A stretch of 64,000 nucleotides of DNA, taken from Amoebophrya sp. A120 (Eukaryota; Protista; Dinoflagellata). Below, piece by piece: positions 11,708-22,728 of the stretch; position 1 is the first letter of the stretch, and each line of letters starts with the position of its first letter. The stretch covers positions 1,356,722 through 1,420,721 of the forward strand of contig CAJINV010000017.1 of the NCBI GenBank assembly GCA_905178155.1, read 5' to 3'. Both the position numbers and the translations under genes were made by a program. The notes under the pieces were generated by a model. It saw only the letters and a list, made by a program, of their open reading frames with translations, did not search any database and was not told where the DNA came from.

Positions 11708-13844
11708 ATGGTGGAAACAAAACCGAAGGAAAAATCGGCCATCTCTTGTTCTCGTTTACCTTCGTCTCTTTCCTCTGCAAACCGCAGCGCAGCAGGAGGA
11801 GATTCTTTGTCGCCCAGCGTGAAAAAGTCTGTATCACCCACAATCTCGTCTTCGTCCACTCTTGCAGCTGCAGCGGAGGGGTCGTGCGTCGCGGTTGTTG
11901 AAGAAAAAGTAACGGGTCGCGCTCAAGCTCAACAAGACCAAGACGCACGGCTAGAAGGTGTTGCATGGTCTGCACCAATTGCACAATCTGGCACATCAAC
12001 GAGCACAGTTGATGCTCTTCTCCCACCGGAAGTTCGTGGTACGGTCGAAGAACTACAGCATAATTATCGAGAAAGTTCTTACACCGTCGAAGACGAAACC
12101 ACGCACGACGACTGCTTCATCGTGAAGTTCGAACACGCGGCGCCGGAGTTGGACGTCGAGGGCGCCCTGGACGATGGCGCGACACGACCGCTGTTGGCGA
12201 AGGTGAAGGAAGCAGAGCGACAGGATGAACAGCGGCCCTTCGGAAAAGTTGACATGAATTCAGGAGTTGACCTTGATCCTACTGCTTCAACCCCACTACT
12301 TGAAACAGGTTGCAGTCAGCATGCTGAAGAAGATTCGTTCCACGGTGGCCCGCTGCAAACGAAATGCCCGCATCAAGTGGAACACAAGAACCACTCGATC
12401 AAAAAAGCAGCGGACGCGGAGCACAAAAATCATAACCCCGAGGAGTCCTCTTCGACGTCGAATTTACCCGTGCTACTTTCGGGGAAAGAAAAAGATGATG
12501 TGGACCTACATGGTGTACTAAATTCAACAGCAACTACATCAAAACTGCACCACTTGGTGGATCACCCGATCATGCTAGACAATTTCACTGTTGTGCCGAC
12601 CCAAAGCTGCGAAAAGCATGGAATAAGCTGCAAGGGAGGAAATCGGGTTCACGAAGATGGAACCACCGTTGTGAATGCCGCGAAATCAGCCGAAAATAAA
12701 TCCAGCCTACAGCAAGTCACGCAGGTTCAAATTGGAGTTACAAATGAAGTCGATGAGAACGTGAGGCACAAGAGTATAACCAGGTGCATGGGAGATGTGA
12801 AAGACAGAAGTGGACGGCTGGCCCCCGACGATGTGGTTTTGGAAATAAGCAACCCTGCTGCCGTTGTACAGACCACGGGTCAAGAACATCTCCAGAGGCG
12901 AAGTGACCAAGAGGATAAGCCACAGGCACACGGTGTTCACAACGAAGAGCCGCTGGAACAACTACACGACACTCAATCCGACCCCCTCGTAGTTCCTCCC
13001 GAACTACCCGTGAGTGTGAAACTGCGCAACAAGATGGGGACTACAACGAGAAAACAGCACACGTCAACTTCCCGCGATTCCACTTCTACACGAATCGAAG
13101 ATTTGTACGAAAAGGACTCGATCCGGGAGAAAAGGAAAAAACAAGCCGCGAACCGGAATTGTTTGACCTGTTTGGTGATCAAATTCTTCTCATATCCACA
13201 GAAAAAAACCCATCCAATTTGTCATGCAAAACACGTGTCAAGTCATGTGTTTGTCATGCAAAAAGTGGATGTGGATGGGTTTTTTTCTGTGGATATCTCA
13301 GTCGTGGCCTGTGGACTGATCGTAGCGATTGGAGTGGTCGGGTTGCTGCAGGCAGAGGTAATAAACGAGGCGTTTTGCTCTTCGTCTTTCTATATCTAAT
13401 CTTGCGGTAGAACTACACTTGGAGATGGTCCTATTGAGAAGGGGAAGAAGAACCCCTGTAGTTTATCATTTGTGCATATGAGTGACAAGTCAAAAACAAT
13501 GACAAATCCTTTTCCAGGCCGACAATGCAAGACGGGCCGTTAAAGCTATGGAAGCGCGATTCTTGCAGCAGTCGTTGCAAGATTCGAGAAATTTCGCGTC
13601 CGCTGGGATTATATTCAATACGGTGCCTACCCCTGCGAAAAAGAGTGCTCTTCTCAATAAGAACATTGGAAGACAAGCAACGTCGTTTTTGCTACAGAAT
13701 GACCAGCTTCAACAGCAGCAAAACTTCGGGAAGGCAAACAAGGACGGCAAAGGAGTAAATCCAGCATTCGAACCCGAATTGGAACCGGGGACGCCAGGGG
13801 GTCTTGGTGGAGGGCAGGCGGAAAAATTACTGGCACCGCAGTAA
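11708..13844 (+). CDS. Hypothetical single-pass membrane protein; exons 11708-13192, 13301-13357, 13518-13844
   Basis: Long hydrophilic ORF. Removing TIR element D gives a continuous hydrophobic stretch CLVIKFFS|VVACGLIVAIGVVGLL after basic KRKK. GT13358-AG13517 intron joins in frame to ORF 13548-13844. Confidence 0.7.
13193..13300 (+). mobile_element. Introner-like non-canonical intron D (103-bp element plus 5-bp repeat, 108 nt), same family as A
   Basis: Perfect 23-bp TIR TATCCACAGAAAAAAACCCATCC / GGATGGGTTTTTTTCTGTGGATA and perfect TCTCA direct repeat (13188-13192, 13296-13300). Internal TCATGCAAAA x2, as in A. Confidence 0.92.
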
Positions 13845-14620
13845 CCGTAATGGCCGGAAAGTAACGTGTGGGAGTCGGTGTCTTCTTTTTTAGTTTCGCG
13901 GTGCGCGGAAAGTATAGTGGTAACCAAGTGGCAGGAGTTCATGAGCACGCATGAGCCTGTGTGTGCACACAAAAAATATAACGATGAACATTTAGATTTA
14001 GATGCATAAACACATCTGGGACCGCCCGCGGGTTCCAATGCATTCTGGATATCCACTGAGTACGTCGACCGAACCGTCACGGTCACTGATATGCATCTTC
14101 CCTTGCAAATGAAAATTGATGAAGAATTCTGAATACATACGTGGTTACTAACCTGGACACAGTTGTAGTATCTCCACTTCTCATCTGCGAGGACGATGGT
14201 GCCGCCCTCTTGCTCTTCTTGTGAAAGCGACAAGAAGCGACCACTTGATGCAGCCCTTTCTGTCTGGCTGACAACTCTATGTTTCGATACTATGGCGTTG
14301 GTGGTTTGGAGTGATGGAGGACTCACTGTGCGCCACAGCCTCGCTGTGCGAGAGAAGAGTCGCAAGCTTTTTTTTGAAACTGTCCTGCTTATAGATAGTG
14401 TGGCTTTCTTCGTTTTATGTTCGTCTTCCTGTGTCGATCGCTAAAGTAAATGTTCATTATCTTCGAACGGCTGGCGAGCCTGTGACTCCAGGCAGAGAGA
14501 AGATAAGGGTAGGTAATTTGATAGGTATGCGAGGGTCGGGCCCCTTCTCCTCATTGCTCTACTATGTATCTGCTTGGCTAAAAATGGGCAAGCGCCCCGT
14601 CCCGGCTAGACGCCGCCCGA

Positions 14621-14638
14621 TTCGATCGCGCGATCGAA
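14621..14638. other. Perfect 18-bp palindrome TTCGATCGCGCGATCGAA upstream of the TPR gene
   Basis: Sequence equals its own reverse complement and lies about 170 bp before ATG 14810. Function unknown. Confidence 0.6.
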
Positions 14639-14809
14639 ATTTTCCCCACCCTCCCGCCCTGGAGTGGTATCAGGATCGTGCATACTCGCTGGTAGGCTTT
14701 GCCTACCCTCTTCCCCATCGCTGTCAGAGTATGCGCCCTGCCGCCATGACAGGACGGCGCGAGACATGTGATACAAATTACGTAATTTAATTTTCTCCGA
14801 TCGTCAAAT

Positions 14810-16891
14810 ATGGCTCGTAGCCTCCATCACCTTCGTTCTGGTTCGTCTTGTGCCGCGGCAAGCGGGCACCAGCGGTGTGCAGCCGGGGCGACCCGCCTCG
14901 GAGCTGTGCCACGGTTCGGACATGGTGACCGGCGTCCTGCTGAGGTCAGTGCGAGCGGTAATCGATCTTCGTATCGATCCTATTCCTGGCTCGCACCTTG
15001 TAGTTGGGGGCGTGTGCGTGCGCAATCAACTTCTAGTACCTCCTGTTTGATGCGGCCCATGATGATGCTCAAGGCATCAACTACCACAATAGCAACCTTT
15101 CGCAAACCTCCCGAAAGACACTTCTCCTACCTGTCCCTGGGCCGCTATGATCCGAAAACCAACGAGACTGGGCTGGCGGGCCTGCAGCACCTGGACAGTA
15201 TGCTAAAACTCGTGATCGAGAAGAAACCGCTGGAACAGCGGAATATGCAGGACGTGCTCAGCCGCGTGGAGGCGTTCACCACGCTCGGAAAGCACTACCA
15301 CTCCGGCGGCCACCCCGCCCGCGCGGCCGGGTACTTCCAAAAAGCGCTCGAGGAGTGTAAATTCCTCGCGGAAACCCGGGCGCAGTACCTCCAGGACTTG
15401 TACGCGACGGGCGACAGCAGGAAGCAAATGGTGCCGGTGGGGAGCACTTCGCTGGTGGCAAGAGCGGTCCGCGCGGTGAGGAAAATAAGGCGGGAAGGGG
15501 TTGTGCGGTTTTTGCTCGGGACGGTTCAAAATGAAAAACATGCAGAGCCGGATCGGATCGTGGCAAAGTCAAGATTTCTGCAGGAGAGTAGAATTGCTTC
15601 TGCAGGAGCTGTCGCCGCTCGCAGTGCTCGGGGGAAGACCGAGAACAATGCGAAGCAGCAACTCCTGACGTCTGGGTCCTCGGTTGCTAGAAGCTCTGAG
15701 TCTGGTAGCCCAACCGCAAGCGGTGTGATACGACCGTCTGACGAGAATGGTGGTGCTGGTGCATCACTAGATGAAGATGCTGCAACCGTAAGAACCGAAG
15801 AGGCTGTCGCTGGAGTCGCCAGCAGCGCAGCAGCTACAACGCCAACAATGCGTGACGATGTACATCAAGGACAAGGTCGTCCCGCCATCGACGACGAACA
15901 GCAGGCACCTTACACGGAGCAGAAGATGCTACAAGTGGTGGAAAAGTTGACCGGCGAGAAACCTTCCTCCGAGGACCGCAAGTCATCAACGACAGAGCGC
16001 AAACCGGAGCAGATGCGGGACGCCCTGTTGAACTGGCTCGAGGATCTCCCCATCGACAGCATGCTGGCGGAGTGCCAAGGCTACGTCGGGCTTTGCCTCA
16101 TGACGGACAAACAGCAGCACGACGAGGCAGAGTACCAGCTGCGGGCGGCTCTAGACTCCCTCCACAAAGCGCAGCGGTGGCAGCAGCTGCGGCAAACGAC
16201 GACCGCGGTACAAGCATTCAACGAAAATGTCACGGTGATGAACACCAACGACCTGACTTCCCAGTTCGCGGAGGCGTACAATAACCTCGGCGCGTGCTTG
16301 CAACAACGGGAGCAGTACCAAAAAGCGGTGGATTATTACACGATTGCATTGGAGAAGCTGATCGAATACTACCAGGGGGACGAGAACAACCGGTTTGTGT
16401 GTCTCACCTACTACAACCTCGCTTGCTGCAAGTGGTACCTGAACGGGGGCGGGCGAGAGGAGATCCAGAAAGCGTGCGACTTGTCCAAGCGCATGTTCGA
16501 AATCGGGGATCCGCAAAGGACCGCAATCGACAGTGTCGCTTCGTTGCTCCACCCGTCGCTGACAACCACGCAGGAGTTGCGGCAGCAGTTTCAAGACCCG
16601 GCGGAAGTGTCTGCGAAGGAACGGGCGGAGCGGATGGGGGCGTTGGAAGAGCTGATGAATGCGAATGCGGAAAGAGTGGAAGCGCAAAATTACGGATCAG
16701 TTTTTCCATCAAATTCTGCTTCTGCAGAAACTGCAAAAACTCATTTGCCGACGGAGAAAGCGGGGCGCCAGGTCGCAGAGGATGAAAATTCGTCATCGTC
16801 CACGCCCTCTAGAACCGATGAAAACGGTCCGCGCGAAATTCTTGCACAAACATCAACTAGTTCAGCTAGCGGTTCTACTGCAGCCGCATGA
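14810..16891 (+). CDS. TPR-repeat protein, possible mitochondrial presequence, 693 aa
   Basis: TPR-like helices AFTTLGKHY..AAGYFQKAL, AEAYNNLGACLQQREQYQKAVDYYTIAL and CLTYYNLACC. The N-terminus is Arg/Ser/Ala-rich and acid-poor. Confidence 0.75.
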   Translation: MARSLHHLRSGSSCAAASGHQRCAAGATRLGAVPRFGHGDRRPAEVSASGNRSSYRSYSWLAPCSWGRVRAQSTSSTSCLMRPMMMLKASTTTIATFRKPPERHFSYLSLGRYDPKTNETGLAGLQHLDSMLKLVIEKKPLEQRNMQDVLSRVEAFTTLGKHYHSGGHPARAAGYFQKALEECKFLAETRAQYLQDLYATGDSRKQMVPVGSTSLVARAVRAVRKIRREGVVRFLLGTVQNEKHAEPDRIVAKSRFLQESRIASAGAVAARSARGKTENNAKQQLLTSGSSVARSSESGSPTASGVIRPSDENGGAGASLDEDAATVRTEEAVAGVASSAAATTPTMRDDVHQGQGRPAIDDEQQAPYTEQKMLQVVEKLTGEKPSSEDRKSSTTERKPEQMRDALLNWLEDLPIDSMLAECQGYVGLCLMTDKQQHDEAEYQLRAALDSLHKAQRWQQLRQTTTAVQAFNENVTVMNTNDLTSQFAEAYNNLGACLQQREQYQKAVDYYTIALEKLIEYYQGDENNRFVCLTYYNLACCKWYLNGGGREEIQKACDLSKRMFEIGDPQRTAIDSVASLLHPSLTTTQELRQQFQDPAEVSAKERAERMGALEELMNANAERVEAQNYGSVFPSNSASAETAKTHLPTEKAGRQVAEDENSSSSTPSRTDENGPREILAQTSTSSASGSTAAA

Positions 16892-17481
16892 AGAAATGTA
16901 AGTAGTCGTGGCGGTAGTTGCGCGTCACACTCACGGAGCGCTGCACTGCGAGCGCTGCACTGAAAATGAAACTACTCAGGGGGCATATACGTATCACCAG
17001 CCCCTGCCGATGGTCATCTACCTCGCTGAAAATTATGAAATTGCGGCCCTGTAGTTCTTTCGTACGGTTCGTTTCTCCTGGAAATTAATTTTCTTTCCGC
17101 TGGTCGACACCTCCGCGACCTCCACAGCTGTATTCCTACGATCAACCTACTTCCACCAGGTTTTGAGGTATTTCGACGCTTTGGAAGAGGAGCAGAAACA
17201 AGAAGGCAAAAGCAAGATCCGGCCGAAGTTCGATGACAAAGATGATCAGGATCCATAGCCACAAACATAATCCGAATTCAAAGTCGCTCTGCAACGAGGA
17301 CAGCACCTTCTACTTGAACGAACTACAGGCGACACTCACCGCTTCGACAACATTTCGCCTTTCGTTTTTCGCACGAATAAGTAAACAAAGTCGTCAGTAG
17401 CTTTTGGTCGTCCTCGATCCGACCACGAAAACCACGACCCTGAAACTAGCACATCATCATCCCGTAATTCCCAGCATCACA

Positions 17482-18507
17482 ATGGACTACCACGAGCGGC
17501 TTTATTGGGAAAAGCAATACAAGGCGGGCAACTTTGGCGAAGTGTACGAATGGCTGGGAAGTGGGGACGATCTGCTGCCGTTTGTCTTGAAGGAACTGGT
17601 CCTCGATGTGGAGCGTGAGAAGAACGATGGCGGTGCCTCTAGCAGCAGTTCTGGAGCGCCAGCCGCTGCAGCAGCAGTGGCGTCTTCCGCCGGGGGAACC
17701 GGTGCTGGCAGTGGAACTACGAGCACTACGAGCTCGAGCAGCTCCGCGACCAAACGGATCCTCCACGTCGGCTGCGGCAACAGCTTGCTCGGCGTGCAGC
17801 TTGAGGAGCAGTTGAACAGCATAAGCGGCATATTTGCAGATGCAGGTACCACCTGTTCATCATCCGACGCGACGACGACTTCCTACGCCAGTACTACAAT
17901 TGTCCCAAAAAGTTGTAGAACAGTGGTGGTTGACAACCTGGACTACAGTCAGACGGTGATTAACCAGATGAAGGAGCGTTTTCCCGAGCACAACTGGTAC
18001 AAGGTCGACGTCGTTGTTGACGGGTTGTTGAAGCACGTAGCGGACAAGAAAAATTCCGTTCACGCCGTGATCGAGAAGGGACTGGCGGACGCTTTGCTTG
18101 CGAATCCGGATGGGAAAAAGAGGAACCAAGCACTTGCGGCTTACTTACAGGAGATATGTGCGGTTTTGGCAACAGGTGGTAATCCTGTCAAGAAGGCGAG
18201 TGTAGCTAGTACCGCGCTGATTTTCACGCTAGAGGGTAAGCGGATGAAGGAAGCGATTGCGGAATGCGGTGGATTGCCGGCCAGCCTGGAGTTGAAGAGT
18301 CTGCAGAGCTGTCGTAGGAATTATGCAGAAGGAACTGCAAAAAATAACGAAGTCGAAGATGATGACGAAATGTGCTCTCTGCTTGTGTTGCGAAAAAGAG
18401 TGAAAGAAATTGGCGTTTTCTGCCAGAAATGCAAGAAAAAGAATCTGTACGCGAACATCACTGCAGGAAGTCGGTGCGGCAGGTGCGGATGTCTGCATCG
18501 ACCCTAG
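17482..18507 (+). CDS. Class I SAM methyltransferase, EEF1AKMT4/METTL13 N-terminal-like, with C-terminal CxxC..CxxC
   Basis: YWEKQY..VYEW, motif I ILHVGCGNSLLG, NLDYSQTVINQM and VIEKGLADAL. First ATG at 17482 within ORF 17404-18507. Confidence 0.82.
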   Translation: MDYHERLYWEKQYKAGNFGEVYEWLGSGDDLLPFVLKELVLDVEREKNDGGASSSSSGAPAAAAAVASSAGGTGAGSGTTSTTSSSSSATKRILHVGCGNSLLGVQLEEQLNSISGIFADAGTTCSSSDATTTSYASTTIVPKSCRTVVVDNLDYSQTVINQMKERFPEHNWYKVDVVVDGLLKHVADKKNSVHAVIEKGLADALLANPDGKKRNQALAAYLQEICAVLATGGNPVKKASVASTALIFTLEGKRMKEAIAECGGLPASLELKSLQSCRRNYAEGTAKNNEVEDDDEMCSLLVLRKRVKEIGVFCQKCKKKNLYANITAGSRCGRCGCLHRP

Positions 18508-19099
18508 TAGAAAAAGTGTCACAGATGACCACACCGATGAGCGAAGTTAGAAGCAAGGCGACGTCTACTTCTGTTTTCTCATGCTACTGCAGCAGTATGC
18601 ACTGTCGATCATGGTGGAAAGAAAAAGCAATCATAAATCATGTTGTACTAGCTTCTGCAGGAAGTTGACAAAAAATGGTGCACGTGCAGCAAAAATCTGT
18701 CTTCAATACCAGCAAACATCTGTTTTCGCAACAACTGCAAGCGGCACAAGATTGTGTGTGCCTTTCGGCTGGGTGGCACGGTGGAGCGATGGCAAGTGGA
18801 AGGTGACGGAGAGTAAGACCAGATGATCATCCTTGTCGAGCTTTAGCGGATCTTGATCTCGGAAGGAGTGGTCTTTCTTTTTTCTGATCAGCGACCAAAA
18901 CACTTTTCATCTCCCTATCGTGATCTGAAGATGATGGATCGAATACGAAGAGTGAGGCTCACATAATTTGTAGGATTCTTGAGAGACAACTTTTCTGGTT
19001 GGACAGAGTACTTATGTAGCTTAGTGTGTTACAGCTTTAACTTCGAATCTTATTGTGCTACAGAGCACTCAAATATTCAGATTAACTACTTCTACTACC

Positions 19100-20254
19100 A
19101 TGCTCCGCAGCCGACCCTCCTTCGGCGACCTGCTCGACGCGGAGGAGAAATCCGAACTGGATCTCTGGGTCGAGTCCACCAACGGCCTGTGGCGGAAAGA
19201 TTTGGAAAAGTTTGGCCCTGGGTTCGTGGACTACGTCGACATACCGAACAGGCAGGCTGTCGGCCTGGTCGCCGCGAAACTCTACCGGAACAGCTATCTC
19301 GCCTGGTGCGGGGTGGTGGAGCTGGCGCCGGATCATCCCTGGTATGGGAAGCGGTTGTCGCAAATCGAGAGGGAGTTGGACAGAATGTTGGACACAGTCG
19401 AGAGAATTAGCACGACCCCGTCGTCGTCGCCGCGAGGTGCTACGCCACACGATAATTCATCACACGTGAGAATAAAAAGACCGCACGGAGGTTTGTCCGA
19501 TGGCGTGTCTCTCGGAAAGGCACACCTAGTGGGCTTCGACTGTAACCACCGCGGCGACGCGGTTCCCTATGCGTCTTTTGTGCAGGAGAAGAATGAAGCG
19601 ATGCGGCGAAAGGCGGCAGGTGGAGGAGTCGATGCTGCAATGGAAGCAGGCGATGAAGACAGCAGCGACGATGTTGAAAACATTTTCATGGGCAAAAATG
19701 GGGCTGCCTCTACGGACGACCGGGAGCCCGCGTATAAAAAGCAAACTCACTGGCTACAGGCCACGATGGAGGACAGTGACGATGCTGGCGCCGAGGTAAA
19801 TCCGCAGTTGGTGCAAGCTGCGAAAGATTTTGACGTGGACTTTTCCACCTCAAGTTTGCCGACGTCATCCGGTGGCGGGCTTGCTATGCCACAAACGGGA
19901 ACAATTAATGTGATCCCACAGACTGGCATGCCACAGATGGGGCTGCCGCCGCAAGCGCAAACCGGGAATATGCCTCAGACGGGCCTACCGCAAATATCGG
20001 CCACGAAAGCTGCTACTGCAAAATCCATCCCGCAAATGGGTTTACCCTCCGCGATGATGGCCCAGCAGGTTCAGGCACAGTCGAATTCGGCAGTTGGGAA
20101 GTTATTTAATCCTGGCGCTTTGGACACGGATTGGACGCCGGTTTTGTTGACCAATGGAGTGTACAGAGACCACGCATTCGCGTGGAAGGAATTGCAGAAT
20201 TTGGTGCAGATTTGTGTGCAAGCGAGGACGTTCGACGAGTTTCGTGGGACATAG
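19100..20254 (+). CDS. Hypothetical protein with WCG..DHPWYG / HGGL / GFDCNH.GD / YRD motif set
   Basis: Open 384-codon frame from ATG 19100. The motifs resemble, from memory, a phage/giant-virus hypothetical protein family. No function assignable. Confidence 0.7.
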   Translation: MLRSRPSFGDLLDAEEKSELDLWVESTNGLWRKDLEKFGPGFVDYVDIPNRQAVGLVAAKLYRNSYLAWCGVVELAPDHPWYGKRLSQIERELDRMLDTVERISTTPSSSPRGATPHDNSSHVRIKRPHGGLSDGVSLGKAHLVGFDCNHRGDAVPYASFVQEKNEAMRRKAAGGGVDAAMEAGDEDSSDDVENIFMGKNGAASTDDREPAYKKQTHWLQATMEDSDDAGAEVNPQLVQAAKDFDVDFSTSSLPTSSGGGLAMPQTGTINVIPQTGMPQMGLPPQAQTGNMPQTGLPQISATKAATAKSIPQMGLPSAMMAQQVQAQSNSAVGKLFNPGALDTDWTPVLLTNGVYRDHAFAWKELQNLVQICVQARTFDEFRGT

Positions 20255-21679
20255 AGTTCTTGATAATTTTTAACAAGGAAATTCTACTAGCTCGTGGAAC
20301 GGAATCACTTTTTTGTTTAGAATCACTATAGAAGGGGCGTATTGGTACTTTTGTAGCTGCAGACGCATTGACCTCACTGTGGGCGTAGTTCCATTTGCGC
20401 TTAAAGTCCGGTGTCCGAAGAAGCAGACGAAACTCAGGCGCTCAGTTTTGCTCGGTCAAATGCGACTTCCTGTTTCGTGGTCAGTCGTTGCGAACAATGA
20501 AGCTTCCGTTGGGCAGAGAATCGGTAAAGCTTCAGGTGAGGGACACGAGAGCCAAATAGGGGCTGAAAAAACGATAGTAATAGTATCACTTCGTTATATA
20601 ATTTCGTTTTCGTATTTGGGAACGACGAGGTACTTCGCCCTTCACTCGCTCTCGAACTCGATCGTATTTGTCGTGCTATTAGAAACACTATCCTTCAGCT
20701 GTGGGCAACAAGAGCATCGTGGCACGTTCCTTATCGTGTGGTCTTGCTGAGTGATTTTTTTGGATATGGATTTTCATTTCTTGTTCTTTTACACGTAATC
20801 AAAAACTATCTTCAAGAACCACTATTTTTACGACTGCTTTTGTCATCTTGTTTTAGATGATGGGATTTTTTTTTTTTCGACTCCGTAATCTCAGCGAGAA
20901 GACCAAAATCTAGAATGACGTGAGTACTGGCGTTGGCCAAGAGTTGGAGCAAGGGGAGGCTCCGCGCAACTGTCGGGTTACTTCCACCGGCAGGGGGACA
21001 TCAGTACTATATAAGTAGTCCTGAAGAGCATTCGAATTCGTGGTTGATAACTTGACTACCATCAGGACCAAGGCTCGTAGTAAATTTTCTTTCGCTCCAA
21101 TCTTTTTTTGTTTTCGATTACGTCGACATGTTGCAGAGCATGTAATACGTGCCGCATCGTCATATATAGGTTTTTTTTTTTTTTTCAGCCTCCTGTCAGC
21201 TCGTCTTTGTGAAATTTCTCAGGTAGCTGAAGAGCAGAAGACGCAGTGATCTACTCATCTGGCACCATGGCCATCACCACCGTCAGCTGAAGGAGAAAGC
21301 CCGCTGAAGCCGGCGTGCTGCACCGGGAACTGCAAGGTCCGTACTGATTTAATTTCGTTCAGCAGGTCCGAACGTCTTAATTCGGATGTACATACATGGC
21401 ATAGATTTAGCTGCTTTTGACTTGTTCGAAATATCGTCGAGGTTTGTGGACGGTCATTACTCATTTTCCTTGAAAATTGACATTGATTTTTGTTTTTCGC
21501 GTCAGGTACTAGCTGCCCAAGCGTCCCCGCGGACGAAGCAAAGAAAACCTGATCATACCTTCACCTGGACTAGTACATCATGGCCCTGGCGGTGATCAAG
21601 AAGATTCGGTACGCGATCGTGGCGTTGTTTGCCGGTGCGGCGAGTGGTCTGTTGCCGCCACAGGAGACGGAGTTTGCCG

Positions 21680-22141
21680 ATGAGAATGCTACCCCCCCAC
21701 CCCGATCAACATGATAGCTTGAGCCGCACCGCCTCCCGGAGTGTCTCTATTACCGGCTCCGGGGACCTTTCGTCAGAAGCGGCGCAACAAGGGGGAGCGG
21801 CGCATCTGCAGCTTCTGCAGCAAGAAAGTTCCGTCATCAACGGGGGGCCCGTCTATGGATGCGACATCACATGCAGTTGCCCACCTCCTCCATCCGTCAC
21901 ACGCTACGCATTCTTTCGGGGATTTCCTTCAATCCGCTACCGGCCCGATACAACGAACGACGACGAGAAGAAAGTGCCTTCGGAGAGCCTGGAACTTAAC
22001 CGCGTCTACGTCAGCGCAGCAGGTGTGTCCCTGTCCAGAGCCTGTGCGAGTGCAATGGCACCAGGAGGAGACGCCGATCGTGCCTGCAGCGAGTACTGCA
22101 ATAACTACAGCTACGAGCTGAGCAATTGTCGTGTTAGTTAA
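21680..22141 (+). CDS. Possible short hypothetical protein
   Basis: GC-rich open frame from ATG 21680, preceded by GT-AG intron-like segments (about 21337-21506). No recognisable homology. Confidence 0.3.
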   Translation: MRMLPPHPDQHDSLSRTASRSVSITGSGDLSSEAAQQGGAAHLQLLQQESSVINGGPVYGCDITCSCPPPPSVTRYAFFRGFPSIRYRPDTTNDDEKKVPSESLELNRVYVSAAGVSLSRACASAMAPGGDADRACSEYCNNYSYELSNCRVS

Positions 22142-22728
22142 GGTGAAGCCGGCAAAGGAAAAGGAATCGTAGACGATGGTGATTCTTCAACCTCTGTCAC
22201 TTTCTGCACAGGTCAGAATCAATGATGAAAATGTAAATATTCATAAGATCATATAGTTGGTTGACGGTGAGTCGAAGCGTGCGTAGTTCTATTTTGTAGC
22301 ATTCAACACACCTCGACCTCTCGCACTTTTGCGCTAAGACGGGACTTCGACTTCTCATGTTCTCCTGGGGGCGAATAAAATTAAAGTATACACCTGTTTC
22401 GCCCGGCGCTGATAATTTCAAGGTCATGTTCATGCAGAAACAAAGATCTAATTCTAAATCAAGATCATCATCACCTGAAATCATGATTTCTCTGCACCGC
22501 GAGTACGCCAGCTGCTCAAGAACAAGATCGCCAATGCGATCAGCATGTATATCGGAATGTGAGATCTGCACCAGTTCGGTGAATCATGGCAGCAGGATCT
22601 GGATTTTCTTTTCTATCCATGGTTAATCTCGAAATTTTGAAGAGGATCCAAACGCAAACAGAAACAGTTCAAGGAGCAATGATACTAGCCACGTACGCTC
22701 CGCCTGTAGCAATGTGCGTCGAAGTTCA

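Noticed and set aside
16936-16963. Short tandem duplication GAGCGCTGCACTG x2; similarly ACGTAGACAGCAAT x2 near 50937-50970
   Set aside because: Isolated micro-duplications in 3' regions with no further structure.
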